Shown: piece after piece, positions 8,105-18,700 of the stretch
Layout of the letters: every line of letters begins with the position of its first letter
Position numbering within the stretch: the stretch's first letter is position 1
From: Gemmatimonadales bacterium
GTDB lineage: Bacteria; Gemmatimonadota; Gemmatimonadetes; Gemmatimonadales; GWC2-71-9
Assembly (NCBI GenBank): GCA_035637355.1
Contig: DASPXJ010000062.1
Coordinates: forward strand, 7,550 to 71,549
Length of the DNA stretch: 64,000 nucleotides
Reading direction: 5' to 3'
The notes under the pieces: model-generated
The model's database searches: none
What the model was told of the DNA's origin: nothing
What the model saw: only the letters and a program-made list of their open reading frames with translations
Made by a program: the position numbers and the translations under genes

Positions 8105-9511
8105 ATGTCCGCACCCTTGATGCCGGCCGACCGTTGGGGCGAGCGCCTCACCCGCCGGCTCGGCCTGTGGAGCGCGGTCGCGGTCCTCGTCGGCTCGACG
8201 ATCGGCAGCGGCATCTTCCGCACGCCCGCGGGCGTGGCGCGGCTCGTCGACGACGTGCCGCTGTTCCTGCTCGCCTGGGTGGTGGGTGCCGCGGTCGTGT
8301 TGTGCGGCGCGCTCACCTACTCGGAGCTGGCCGCCGCCTTTCCCCGCTCCGGTGGCGTCTACGTCTTCGTGCGCGAATCGTTCGGCCCGCTGCCGGCGTT
8401 TCTCTTCACCTGGGCGGAGCTGCTCGTGATTCGCCCCGGCGCCTATGGCGCGATCGGCATCACGGCGTCCGCCTATACGCTGCGCACGCTGGGTTACGAT
8501 CCCGCGGCGGTGCTGGCGCACGCCGGCCCGCTGACCATCAGCGCCGAGCAGGTGCTCGGCGCCGTCTACATCGTGCTCGTGGGGATCGTCAACTACTTCG
8601 GCATTCATCGCGGCGCGGTGCTGCAAAACCTGAGCACGCTGCTCAAGGCCGGCGCGCTGGCCGTGTTGATTCTTGCCGGCCTGCTGCTGGGCGGTGCGAC
8701 CGCGGCGACGGTGCCGGACATGCTGGCGCAACGCGCGCACGTGGGACTGTCGCCGTTCCTGCTGGCCATGGTGGCGATCCTGTGGGCCTACGACGGCTGG
8801 GCCGACCTCGCGTTTGTCGGCGGGGAAGTGCAGCGGCCGCAGCAGACGCTGCCGCGCGCGCTGCTGATCGGCACCGCGAGCGTCGTGGTGCTGTACCTCG
8901 GCGCCAATCTCGTGTACCTGCATCTCATTCCGATGCAGGGCATGAAGCAGGCCGAGCTCGTGGCGGCGGATGTCGCGCGCCTCCTGGTCGGCCCGGCGGG
9001 AGTCGTCGCGATTTCCGCGGTGATCGCCGTCAGCACGTTCGGGACGTTGAACGGGTCGATGATGACGGCGCCGCGGATCTTCTTTGCGGCCGCCGAGGAT
9101 CGGGTGCTGCCGCAGGCCATCGCCCGCATCGATCCCCGCACGTCGTCCCCCACCGCGGCCGTGCTACTGATGATCGGGATGGGCGTCATCTTCATTTTGG
9201 TCCGGACGTTCAACGACTTGGCGGAGCAATTCATCATCGGGATCTGGCCGTTCTATGCGCTGGCGGTGGCGGGCGTCTTCGTGTTGCGCCGCACACGGCC
9301 GCAGCTCGAGCGGCCGTACCTGACGTGGGGCTATCCGTTCGTGCCGCTCGTGTTTCTGGTGGCGGCGCTGTTCGTGTTGGGGAACTACCTGGTCTCGGAA
9401 ACGCTGAAGTTCGCGGTCGACATCGGCATCATCGCGACCGGTGTGCCGGTGTACCTCGCCATCCGCCGCTACCAGCGTCGCGCGCCGCCATCCGCGATTT
9501 CAGTCCGCTAA
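8105..9511 (+). CDS. APC-family amino acid permease
   Basis: N-terminal LGLWSAVAVLVGSTIGSGIFRTPAGVA motif and about 12 hydrophobic segments. The overlapping 532-aa and 296-aa ORFs are off-frame shadows. Confidence 0.85.
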   Translation: MSAPLMPADRWGERLTRRLGLWSAVAVLVGSTIGSGIFRTPAGVARLVDDVPLFLLAWVVGAAVVLCGALTYSELAAAFPRSGGVYVFVRESFGPLPAFLFTWAELLVIRPGAYGAIGITASAYTLRTLGYDPAAVLAHAGPLTISAEQVLGAVYIVLVGIVNYFGIHRGAVLQNLSTLLKAGALAVLILAGLLLGGATAATVPDMLAQRAHVGLSPFLLAMVAILWAYDGWADLAFVGGEVQRPQQTLPRALLIGTASVVVLYLGANLVYLHLIPMQGMKQAELVAADVARLLVGPAGVVAISAVIAVSTFGTLNGSMMTAPRIFFAAAEDRVLPQAIARIDPRTSSPTAAVLLMIGMGVIFILVRTFNDLAEQFIIGIWPFYALAVAGVFVLRRTRPQLERPYLTWGYPFVPLVFLVAALFVLGNYLVSETLKFAVDIGIIATGVPVYLAIRRYQRRAPPSAISVR

Positions 9512-9516
9512 AACCA

Positions 9517-9544
9517 GTAGGGGTGCAGCGTGCTGCGCCCCTAC
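9517..9544. terminator. Hairpin between convergent genes (possible bidirectional terminator)
   Basis: GTAGGGGTGCAG-CGTG-CTGCGCCCCTAC forms a 12-bp stem with one G-U pair. There is no clear T-run. Confidence 0.3.
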
Positions 9545-9585
9545 GATCCTTTCCAGCGCATCGGCCGTCAGGCCGTCCCACCGTG

Positions 9586-12500
9586 CTACCAGTTAAACAT
9601 GTACCGCAAACTCAGCTGCACCCGCCAAACGTCCGTGGCAGTGGCGAGTTTCTGGTAGGTCCTAGAGATCAGAACTGCGTTGGGTGCCGTACCTAGCGTG
9701 GCCAACGTATATCGGGACGCGCCTGTAGCATCGACCCCGGCAGCCGTCAACGGACGGCTCGTGACGATGGTTTGCGCGACACCCCAATCCTTGTTCAGTA
9801 GGTTCGTCACGTTCAAGACATCGAGCCGGGCCTGGAGGCTATTGGGACGGCCTGCGAGCGTCCGCCCGACATCCTGCGAGATCGACAGGTCCGCGCGGTA
9901 TACCCACGGCCGGCGCGCGGCATTGCGGCCCGCGTATTCGCCGCGATGCGTGCTGAGGTAGGGATCTTGATTGATGTAGGCTTCCCAGGCCGCCGTTTGC
10001 TGTGCGGGCGAGAAAACCTGTGTGTCGGCCTTCGAAGGTGATATCACGGTCAGCGTCGCGAAATTCATTTCGCCCTGGTTGCGCGGGACATAAATCAGAT
10101 CGTTGCCCGACGCGCCGTCGCCATTCATGTCATTGGAGAAGACATAACTGTCGGTGCCGGCGCTATGACCATCAAAGTACACGCTGATACTCGTTGGTCC
10201 CGCAGCCTTGAGAAATGTGTGCGTGTACGACACGGCCGCGAAGAACCGCCCGCCGGGAAAGAACTGCGAGGCTGCAGCAATGGGATTGTTCGGATCGATC
10301 GCGATTTGGTTCCCGGTCCACGATCCGGAAGCGATGGACCCGGCGTCTACGGTGTTTCTGCTCGCCCCATAGCTGTACCCGACCTTTGTGAACAGGCCGC
10401 TCTGGAACGCTCGCTCGAGCGTCGCTGACGCGTTCCAGGAGTAGCCGCGTCCCTCATTGGTCAACACCGTTGCATCGCTCACGTTCTTTTGGATGCGTGC
10501 CGGTAGGCAATTCGCCGGCAAGGGCGGAACGCAGACCCAGCGTGGCCGTCCGTCCGGCCCCGTGAACGCCGATTGCGGTGCCGGAAGATTGGCGTTGAGG
10601 TACGCGATGCCATTCACATCTTTGGAATAGAGATACTCGGCCGTGCCGGTCAGCCCCCACGGCAGGCGCTGGTCGATCGCGATGTTGCTGCGCCACAGCT
10701 GAGGGAATTTGAAATTGGGATCGGTGAGCGCCAGCTGGAAACTCGTAGCCGGCGCGCCCGTGATCAGGGAGTCGGCCGGCCGATAATGATTGGGGTCAGG
10801 ATTGAAAGGAAACGCCGTGGTGCTGTCCGCCTGGAGGAAACCCGTCAGCACGCCGGTGTTGCCGACCTGATTCGAGATCCAAACGTAGGCAGGACGGCCC
10901 GTAAAGATTCCCGTACCGCCGCGGATCTGCGTCTTCTGCTCCCCGCCGACGTCGTAGTTGAAGCCGAAGCGCGGCGAGAACAGCATGTTCGTACCCGGAA
11001 GTGCGCCGCTGTTGTAATAGATTGGACTGCCGCTCTGATCGCGGAACGTCATCGTGTCGGCGATGCTGTTGTCGTACGCCGTGTTCTTGAATTTGGGCGC
11101 GTCGACGCGGAGTCCTGCCGTCAACGTGAGGTTGGCGGTCGGCCGCCACTCATCCTGCGCATAGATCCCCGAAAACAGCACATCCAGCGGCTGCACCGGC
11201 TCGGAAAGGCCGGGAATGTTCCCATAGCGGTATTGGAAGCGCCGCAGCGTCACCGGCGACACCGTGCGAGTGGGATTGGCGATATAGTCGTTGGCGTCGG
11301 TGTAGAAGTCGGCCAGCGAGTTGTAGACGTACACGCTCTGAGCGCCCGGGAAGAACACGTTGGTCGAGTGGTACTTCTCGACGCTCATGCCGAGCGTGAC
11401 CGAGTGCTTCGGAAGGTAGACGGTGAAGTTGTCCTGCAGCTGGTAGCTGTGGTAGAACAGCTTGTTGTCCGGCGTGAACGGCTCGAAGCCGAACGTCGTG
11501 TAATTGTCAGCGCCCTGACGGATCTCGACCAGCGGGAACCAGGGTCCCTCGACGTTCTTTCGGCTTTCGTCGCTCGTGTTGTAGCCCACGATGAGGTTGT
11601 TGGACTTGTTGCCGCCGAGCGACGAATTCCACTCTCCGACGATGGAGCGAATATTCTCCAGAATTGCGTAGTTCGAGTTGGCGAAATTCAGAGACTGCTT
11701 CGTGCTGCGCCGAAAGCCGAGCCCGAGCGACGCCGAGTTGGAGATCAGAACGTCGGTACTCGAGTTCAGCAGGTTGTAGCGCAGGCTGAACTTGTTGCGC
11801 TCATTCAGGTTGTAGTCGAGGCGCGCGATGAATCTCGTCGAGGGGACCTTGAAGTCGTACCCTTCGTAGGGACCCGGATTGTAGTTGAAATTGTTCCGCA
11901 GATAACTGCTCAGCGAATCGAGATCGGAGCGCAGCACGCGCGTGATGTTCGCTCCCGTATCGCTGGCAACTCCCGACCAGCCCGTGAATGTCGTGCCCGG
12001 CTGCGTCTGGCGATCGTCTTCGAAGCTGCTGAAGAAGAAGAGCCTGTTCCGAATGATCGGCCCACCCAACGAGACTCCGACGTCCCGGTACTCGAACGTG
12101 CCGGGGTTGAACCGGTTGTTCCCCGCGTGCCGCCCGACGAAGAAGCCGCTGTTGTTGCGGGTGTTGTAGAAAACCGAGCCGGTATAATCGTTGCTGCCAC
12201 TCTTGGTGACCATGTTGATTCCGGCGCCCACGAAATTGCCCTGCCGCACGTCGTAGGGGGCGATGTTCACCTGGACCTGCTCGAGCGCATCCAGCGAAAT
12301 CGGAGCCACACCGGTACGGTCGCCGGGCTGACCAGCCAGCCCGAAGGAATTGTTGAAGTACGATCCGTCGATCGTCATGTTGTTCAGCCGGTTGTCCTGC
12401 CCGGCGAAGGAGAATCCGAACGACATCGGGCTGTATTGCGGGCTGAGCCGGAGCAGATCCTCCACTCGGCGGCTGATCGTCGGCAGGTGGGCGAGCGCTT

Positions 12501-12948
12501 CGGTTGGTACCGTCGTCGCCGCACCGGTCCGCTGGGAGCTGAACACCGTTCCGGTCGTCGCTGTGACGGTGATGGCCTCGAGCTCTACGCTCACCTGTCT
12601 GAGCGCGAATCGGAGGTCGCTCGTGACGCCTAATGTCACACCGACGCCGTTCTGCACTTCCGGCCGGTAGCCCACCAGCGACACGGTCACCCGATACGGG
12701 CCGCCGACGCGCATCCCCGGGATCGTGAAGCGGCCATCGGCGCGGGTCGCCGCCGCGTACGTCGTCCCGGACGGCACGTGCACCGCGACGACGCGTGCGC
12801 CGTCCAGCGGAGCCCGGCTTGCCGAGTCGATGGCGATCCCCGCGACGGCGCCGGTGGTGACGCCTTGGGCATGCGCCGCCCCGGTAACGAACACTGAAAA
12901 GACCAACGCGGCCACGATGACGCGGCCTGAGCGGACGATCCAACGCAT
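9586..12948 (-). CDS. Oar-like TonB-dependent outer-membrane transporter with N-terminal carboxypeptidase-regulatory-like domain
   Basis: Start set at ATG 12948 (MRWIVRSGRVIVAALVFSVFVTGAAHA|QG signal peptide). The CarbopepD_reg-like stretch is GARVVAVHVPSGTTYAAATRADGRFTIPGMRVGGPYRVTVSLVGY. A long beta-barrel body follows. The protein ends in aromatic residues (RYMFNW). Confidence 0.85.
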   Translation of the reverse strand: MRWIVRSGRVIVAALVFSVFVTGAAHAQGVTTGAVAGIAIDSASRAPLDGARVVAVHVPSGTTYAAATRADGRFTIPGMRVGGPYRVTVSLVGYRPEVQNGVGVTLGVTSDLRFALRQVSVELEAITVTATTGTVFSSQRTGAATTVPTEALAHLPTISRRVEDLLRLSPQYSPMSFGFSFAGQDNRLNNMTIDGSYFNNSFGLAGQPGDRTGVAPISLDALEQVQVNIAPYDVRQGNFVGAGINMVTKSGSNDYTGSVFYNTRNNSGFFVGRHAGNNRFNPGTFEYRDVGVSLGGPIIRNRLFFFSSFEDDRQTQPGTTFTGWSGVASDTGANITRVLRSDLDSLSSYLRNNFNYNPGPYEGYDFKVPSTRFIARLDYNLNERNKFSLRYNLLNSSTDVLISNSASLGLGFRRSTKQSLNFANSNYAILENIRSIVGEWNSSLGGNKSNNLIVGYNTSDESRKNVEGPWFPLVEIRQGADNYTTFGFEPFTPDNKLFYHSYQLQDNFTVYLPKHSVTLGMSVEKYHSTNVFFPGAQSVYVYNSLADFYTDANDYIANPTRTVSPVTLRRFQYRYGNIPGLSEPVQPLDVLFSGIYAQDEWRPTANLTLTAGLRVDAPKFKNTAYDNSIADTMTFRDQSGSPIYYNSGALPGTNMLFSPRFGFNYDVGGEQKTQIRGGTGIFTGRPAYVWISNQVGNTGVLTGFLQADSTTAFPFNPDPNHYRPADSLITGAPATSFQLALTDPNFKFPQLWRSNIAIDQRLPWGLTGTAEYLYSKDVNGIAYLNANLPAPQSAFTGPDGRPRWVCVPPLPANCLPARIQKNVSDATVLTNEGRGYSWNASATLERAFQSGLFTKVGYSYGASRNTVDAGSIASGSWTGNQIAIDPNNPIAAASQFFPGGRFFAAVSYTHTFLKAAGPTSISVYFDGHSAGTDSYVFSNDMNGDGASGNDLIYVPRNQGEMNFATLTVISPSKADTQVFSPAQQTAAWEAYINQDPYLSTHRGEYAGRNAARRPWVYRADLSISQDVGRTLAGRPNSLQARLDVLNVTNLLNKDWGVAQTIVTSRPLTAAGVDATGASRYTLATLGTAPNAVLISRTYQKLATATDVWRVQLSLRYMFNW

Positions 12949-13042
12949 GAATGGACCTCTCTTCAGAAGGACCGGAAGCAACGTACCGGGAAACATTCGA
13001 CGGGGGAGAAAGTGGTCCGCGCTGGGGACCCCGTCAAGGACG

Positions 13043-14200
13043 CTAGGTAGGGGCTTTACGCAGTAGATACACAGCGCCGACGGCAACGAGAATGTTCGGT
13101 GCCCAAGCCGCGAGCAGCGGCGGCAGCACGCCGCCCGCGCCGATCGCCTTCGCCAGCTGAAACATCAGCAGCACGATGAAGGTCGTCGCGAGACTCGCCG
13201 CGACTCCCCACGCCGCGCCGCTCTTGGGCGTCGAGATGGCGAGCGGCGCGCCGAACAGCGCGATCAACAGACAAATGAAAGGGATTGCGATCTTGAGCGC
13301 GAGATCCACCTGCAGCTTCTTTGCGTTCGAGCCGCTGCGCGCCAGCGCGTCGATGTAGCGCCGCAGCTCCGCGTACCGCATCTCCTCCGGCGTCTTCGGC
13401 TCGGCGAGCAGATCCACCGGCCGCTCCTGCAGCGTGCGCGACTCGAGCGAATCGAACTCGAACGCGACCTCCCCGGTCGGCTCGCTGCCCGCGAGATAGC
13501 GCAGCGCGCCGCGATGCAGCCGCCAGCGCGGCGACTTGGTCAGCCCCCCCCCCGCCGCCGGGCCGGTGTCGCTGTAGACCGCGCGCTGCGCCGCCAGCAC
13601 GATCGTCGGATAGGCGGCGCTGGTCCCTTCGCGCTCCAGCACGAGGTCGGTCATCTCTTTGGTCCGCAGCTCCAGCGACCGGATCGCATACACCCACCCG
13701 CGATCGGCGCGATAGACGAAGTTGTAGCGCGAGCTCGTGGCACGCTGCGCCTTCTCGCCGAGCATTTCCATCCGGTGCGCCGTCGCCGCCGGTGCGATCT
13801 CGCCCAGCAGTAGCCCCGCGACGAACGCCGCCCCGGCGGCGATGAACAGCGGCCGCACGAGGCGGTGAAACGAAATCCCCGACGCCTTCGCCGCCGTCAG
13901 CTCCGAATGCCTCCCCAGCGCACCGACGGTGAAGACGGTCGCGAACAGCACCGCGACCGGCAGGACGAGAAACATTTTTTCCGGCAGGTCGAACACGTAC
14001 GAGTACGCGACCACCTGCGGCGCGATGCCGCGGCCCATGTAGCGGTCGAGCTTGTCCGTCAGGTCGATCACGATGACGAGAATGGGAAAGCCGAGCAGCG
14101 TGATCAGAAACACGCGCAGCCAGTCGCGCACCAGGTAGCGGTCGAGCGTCTTCCCGAACGCGAAACGCGGAAGTCGGAACGCGGAACGGACGTCGATCAT
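13043..14200 (-). CDS. lptG: LPS export ABC permease, LptF/LptG (YjgP/YjgQ) family
   Basis: LDRYLVRDWLRVFLITLLGF N-terminal motif and 6-TM layout with a large periplasmic insert. ATG 14200 overlaps the upstream stop (ATGA). Confidence 0.75.
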   Translation of the reverse strand: MIDVRSAFRLPRFAFGKTLDRYLVRDWLRVFLITLLGFPILVIVIDLTDKLDRYMGRGIAPQVVAYSYVFDLPEKMFLVLPVAVLFATVFTVGALGRHSELTAAKASGISFHRLVRPLFIAAGAAFVAGLLLGEIAPAATAHRMEMLGEKAQRATSSRYNFVYRADRGWVYAIRSLELRTKEMTDLVLEREGTSAAYPTIVLAAQRAVYSDTGPAAGGGLTKSPRWRLHRGALRYLAGSEPTGEVAFEFDSLESRTLQERPVDLLAEPKTPEEMRYAELRRYIDALARSGSNAKKLQVDLALKIAIPFICLLIALFGAPLAISTPKSGAAWGVAASLATTFIVLLMFQLAKAIGAGGVLPPLLAAWAPNILVAVGAVYLLRKAPT

Positions 14201-15726
14201 GCGTTCCGCGTTCCCCGTTCCCACTTCCGAATTCGCCCCACCCAGCCAAACAGCTGCTCCTTCAGCTCATCCCAATCCCCCCCGTGCGCGGTGCTGCCGG
14301 CGCGCCGCACGGTCCACAGCAGCGGGATCGAGAGCGTCAGGAAGATGAGATTCGGCGTCCACATCGCCAGGAACGGCGGCACGATGAGCCGGTCGCCCAG
14401 CTCTTCGCCGCCGATCAATCCGACATAATAGACGGAAAAAACCGCGAGGCTCGTTCCGATCACCAGGCCGACGCCACCGCGCGGGAAGCGAATGGCGAGC
14501 GGCATGCCGAGCAGCGCGAAGATCAGGCACGCGGCCGCGATCGCCAACTTCTTCTGAATCTCGACTTCGTAGATCGCGGCGCGCTGGCGGGCCGCGCGCA
14601 CCCGCTGCGCGTACACGCTGGGGGGGGGGCTGGCGGATTGCTGCCCAACGTACGAGAGGTTGGGCGGCGGCAGCCGGGGGGAGACAGGAGGGCGTTTCAG
14701 CCGCGCGGGGGTCTGTGCGGCTTGGGCCGCGCGGGGAGCGACCAGCCGCTTGATCGAGCCGACGAACCGGCAGTACGCGCTCGGCGGCGGTGCTGCGGTG
14801 TCGGCGGGAGCCGGCGTCAGCGGGTGCAACTTGCCGATCCGCCGCAGCTCGGCCGACACGGACGCGAGCGTCTCGCGCCGCACCCGGTCCATGTCCTGGC
14901 GCGCGCGCCCCACGACCTCCTGCATCGCGCAGATCGTCATCTCGCGGTCGCCGCGGTACTCGTCGTTCTGCGTCTGCTCGAACGTGTTGCTGACGCCCGC
15001 CACCTTGATGCGGTTGACGGCGTAGAAGGTCCGGTTGAAGTGCTCCGCATCGGCCCGCTTCACTTCGTGCACCTCGCCGTCGCGCAACGTGAGGTACAAA
15101 TCGGTGCCGCCGGGGGTATAAGCCATGCGACCGGAGTCGGCCAGGATGATACGGCGCCGCTCGGGGTCCCCCAGATCGTAAATCGTCACATCATTCAGTG
15201 TGTTCGCGGCGGGGTCGATGCGGGCGGCGCGCAGGAAGAATTGCCCGGCCACGACTTCATTGATCACCTGTTCCTTCAACTGAAACGTCGGCTTCTTGCG
15301 TTGGATGTCGACGAGGAGCGTCCGCAGCTGGTGATTGGAGCGCGGCAGGATCTGGTCATTCCACAACAGCGAGATCAGGGCGACGACCGTCGCGCCGCCG
15401 ATCACCGGTGCGAGCAGGCGCCGCACGCTGATGCCGCTCGCCTTCATCGCCGTGACCTCGTTGTCGGCGGCGAGGTGGCTGAACGTGTACAGCACCGCGA
15501 CGAGCACCGCCATCGGCAGCGTCATGGCGACGATGAACGGGATCGAGAGCGCGAACACTTCGAAGATGGCGGTCCACGGCAGGCCTTTGCCCACGAAATT
15601 GCCGAACTGCTTCGCGATCTGATTGACCAGCATCGCGAACGTGAGCGCCGCCAACGCGTATCCGAGTGGAGGGAGGTGTTGCCGCAGGATGTAACGGCTC
15701 AGGATGCGCACGGTCGGTCGCGCCAT
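14197..15726 (-). CDS. lptF: LPS export ABC permease, LptF/LptG family, with a long Pro/Ala-rich insertion
   Basis: ILSRYILRQHLPPLGYALAALTF motif. The start is either ATG 15726 or GTG 15738. An extra stretch of roughly 100 aa (TPAPADTAAPPPSAY...PPVSPRLPPPNLSYVGQQSASPPPS) precedes the last TM bundle. Confidence 0.75.
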   Translation of the reverse strand: MARPTVRILSRYILRQHLPPLGYALAALTFAMLVNQIAKQFGNFVGKGLPWTAIFEVFALSIPFIVAMTLPMAVLVAVLYTFSHLAADNEVTAMKASGISVRRLLAPVIGGATVVALISLLWNDQILPRSNHQLRTLLVDIQRKKPTFQLKEQVINEVVAGQFFLRAARIDPAANTLNDVTIYDLGDPERRRIILADSGRMAYTPGGTDLYLTLRDGEVHEVKRADAEHFNRTFYAVNRIKVAGVSNTFEQTQNDEYRGDREMTICAMQEVVGRARQDMDRVRRETLASVSAELRRIGKLHPLTPAPADTAAPPPSAYCRFVGSIKRLVAPRAAQAAQTPARLKRPPVSPRLPPPNLSYVGQQSASPPPSVYAQRVRAARQRAAIYEVEIQKKLAIAAACLIFALLGMPLAIRFPRGGVGLVIGTSLAVFSVYYVGLIGGEELGDRLIVPPFLAMWTPNLIFLTLSIPLLWTVRRAGSTAHGGDWDELKEQLFGWVGRIRKWERGTRNA

Positions 15727-15756
15727 TATATTCGCCACCCCAAATCTCTACAAGGG

Positions 15757-18700
15757 ATGCGGCGTCTCGCCCAGCTAGTTTTGCTCGCCTTCACGCTCGT
15801 CGTACCCCGGGTTCATGCGCAGGCTCCTGCGTACACGTTCGGCGTGCCGCCGCTCGTCGCGCCGCGCCATCCGGCACTGGCGCCGGGCGGCCGCCTCGGC
15901 GCGCGCGTCCCGCCCGTGCTCGTCGCGCGCGCCTGGGCTGACGCGGTTCTCGCTGGCCGGTTTTCGGTGTTCGGAGCCGGACCGATGGCACTCGCCCCGT
16001 CCCCCGTCTCCCCTCCCGCGTCCCCCGAAGCTCCTCCGACCTTCCAGGGCATCGGTCCCGGCGAGCATCGCGGCGTCCTTGGCCAGTATGCGGATCTCGG
16101 CATGCAGCTCAACCTGCGCTTCGAGCTGAAAGTGGATCAGTTCCGCAATCTGCGCTGCACGTCGCAGGAGCGGCAGTTTTCGCTGTCGGGATGCAGCGGC
16201 GGCTTTCCCACGATCAGTCCTAATCCGCAGTACGCGATCCGCACCGCCGGTGTCGTGGGGCAGCGGCTGCACGTCGACGTCGACTTCGACAGCCAGCGCG
16301 AGTTCGACGCCAACAACAACCTCCACGTCTGGTACGAGGGCCTGGAGGACGAAGTCCTGCGGCGGGTCGAGGCCGGCAACGTGACGTTCCAGGCGCCCCC
16401 GTCGCGGTTCATCACCGCCGCGGTCCCCGCCAACAATTTCGGCGTGCAGGCGATCGCCCAGCTGGGGGCGCTGGAGTTCCGCGGCATCCTGGCGCAGCAG
16501 AAGGGCAACGTGGTGAAAGACCGGTTCTACAGCGTCGGCGACGTCACCAGCCAGCCGATCGATCGCGAGTCCCGCGACCTCGATTACGAGGCCGGCCGGT
16601 TTTTCTTCGCCATCGATCCGGGCGCGCTGCCGGGCTATCCCGCGATCGACATTCTCCAGCTCGATCAGCTGGCGCGCCCCGATTCGCTGACCGTCGGCGC
16701 GCTGCGCGTGTACCGCCGGCGCGCGATCGCGCCGAGCTCGAGCGGCAACCAGAACGTGGGCGGCGTGCGCGCCGTGGCGTGCGCTCCCGGGAGCCGCGCG
16801 GTGGATTGCGCGATTCAGCGCGAGGGCCCCTTCGAGTGGGAGATCCTGCAGGAAGGGAAGGACTACTACGTCGATCCCACCGGCACGTGGTTCGCCCTGG
16901 CGAACCGGCTCGATCAAAGCGATTACCTCGCCGTCTCGTACATCACCGCGACCAAGGCCGATTCGATCGGCACCTTCCCGGTCGATGCGAACCCCGACAC
17001 CGCGGTCGTGGACACGCTGCGGCTCGTGTACGATCCCAAACCGGCGGTCACTGCGGCGTCGCCGTCATTCCGGTTCGAGATCCGCAGCGCCTACCGCGTC
17101 GGCGGGCGCGAGATCGACCGCACCAGCGTCGATCTCGCCCTGACCGTGAACCAGCGCGAGCGGGGCGCCACCGGCGATACCTACCTGCAACGTCTCGGCC
17201 TCGCCCTGGAGAACGACCCCACGCAATTCGATCAGTACAACCGCCTCTTCCCGCGGGCCCGCGATCCGAATCAGGGGGATCCGGTGCGGGATCTGTTCAT
17301 CGTGTTTCCGCATCTGGCGCCGTTTGCCGACACGACGACGCTCGTCGCCACCGAGCGCAACGATTCGCTGTACCGCACGCCGCGCGCCTATCTCGCGACA
17401 CAGGGGCCGCCGTCGGTATTCGCGCTGCGACTGCACGTCGAGGCCACCGCGTCCGCCGACCGCTCCGTGCTGTCCTTGAACAGCTTCCAGATCCGGGAAG
17501 GCAGCGAGCGCATCTACGTGCGCAACACGCTGCTGACGCGCGAAACGGATTACACGATCGATTACACGACCGGCCAGGTGCAGTTCAAGAACGCCGATTC
17601 CCTGTTCAGCGGGGGAGCGGCGCAGGTGCGGGCGCAATTCGAGGAGCGGGCCGCCTTCAGTCTGGCGCCCACCACGACGTATGGCCTCGCGGCGCGCTAC
17701 GATCTGGGCGCGGTGGGGCAGGTCAACCTGATGGGCATCTTCCAGAACGAGCAAAGCACGTTCACCCGCCCGCCGCTCGGCTTCGAGCCGTCGTCGGGCT
17801 TCATCGGCGGCATATCCACGCAGCTCCGCTTCCAGCCGGACTGGATCACGCGCGCCATGGATGCGCTGCCGGGCGTCCACACTACGGTGCCGTCGGCCGT
17901 GAGCATCAACGGGGAGCTCGCGATCTCGAAGCCTTCCCCCAACCGCTTCGGCCAGGCCTACATCGAGGAATTCGAGGGCGGCGTCGCCCGGTCGATCCCG
18001 CTCACGGACAACCTGTGGCACTGGGGCAGCATTCCGACGTCGATCCGCGGCGCCGAGCCGCTCGGCGTCACGGGCGGCTTCGACCCGAATGACGCCGCGT
18101 TCCTCACCTGGCAGAGCCTGCCCTACAACGTGAGCAACAACCAGTTCGTCCCCGTGCAGTTTCTGCCCCAGCAGATCGATCCCACCTTGCGCTTCAGCGG
18201 CCAGGCGCAGGCGGCGGAACCGGTGCTGTGGCTCATGATGAAGCCCGACACCGTGCTCGGCCTCGCGAACAACCGTCCCGCATCGCCGTCGTTCGGGCTC
18301 CCGAACTGGACGCGCGCAACGCACGACGCGCCGCGCTGGCGGTCGATCGTGCAGACGCTGTCGGCAACCGGCGTCGATCTCTCGCGCGTCGAATTCCTGG
18401 AGTTCTGGGTGTGGGAAGACGCGGCGCGCGTGGCGCGCGCCCATCGCACGACCGTGTTGTTCGATTTCGGCAGCGTCTTCGAGGACGCGCTCGCCTTCGT
18501 GCCCGCATCGTTCACCGTGAGTCCCGAAGGCGACACGACGTACTTCGGCGTGCAGCGCGCCGGCGCGAGGCGGCTCGACTCCGAGCGCGATCCCCGCACC
18601 CAGACCTGGAGCGCGACGCTGAACGACGAAGGCATCCTGTCCGATCGTGTGGTGGACGGCATCCTGGATGGCACCACCAGCACCGTCATCGACACCCTGC

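Noticed and set aside
14620-14629. Homopolymeric G/C tracts of 8-10 nt inside CDSs (for example 13544..13553, 14620..14629, 18997..19005, 29169..29178, 32612..32620, 34085..34093) as phase-variation switches
   Set aside because: All are in-frame and encode GGG or PPP. A rough by-eye estimate for DNA this GC-rich suggests a few such runs are expected by chance in 64 kb. There is no enrichment near gene starts. They are worth checking only as possible sequencing-error hot spots.
14284-15756. 5' 1.47 kb of the 2516-aa ORF (14284..21834)
   Set aside because: It is entirely antisense to lptF, and its translation is Arg/Gly/Asp-rich low-complexity sequence with no family motifs. A clean signal peptide follows ATG 15757, so the real SprA-like gene starts there.
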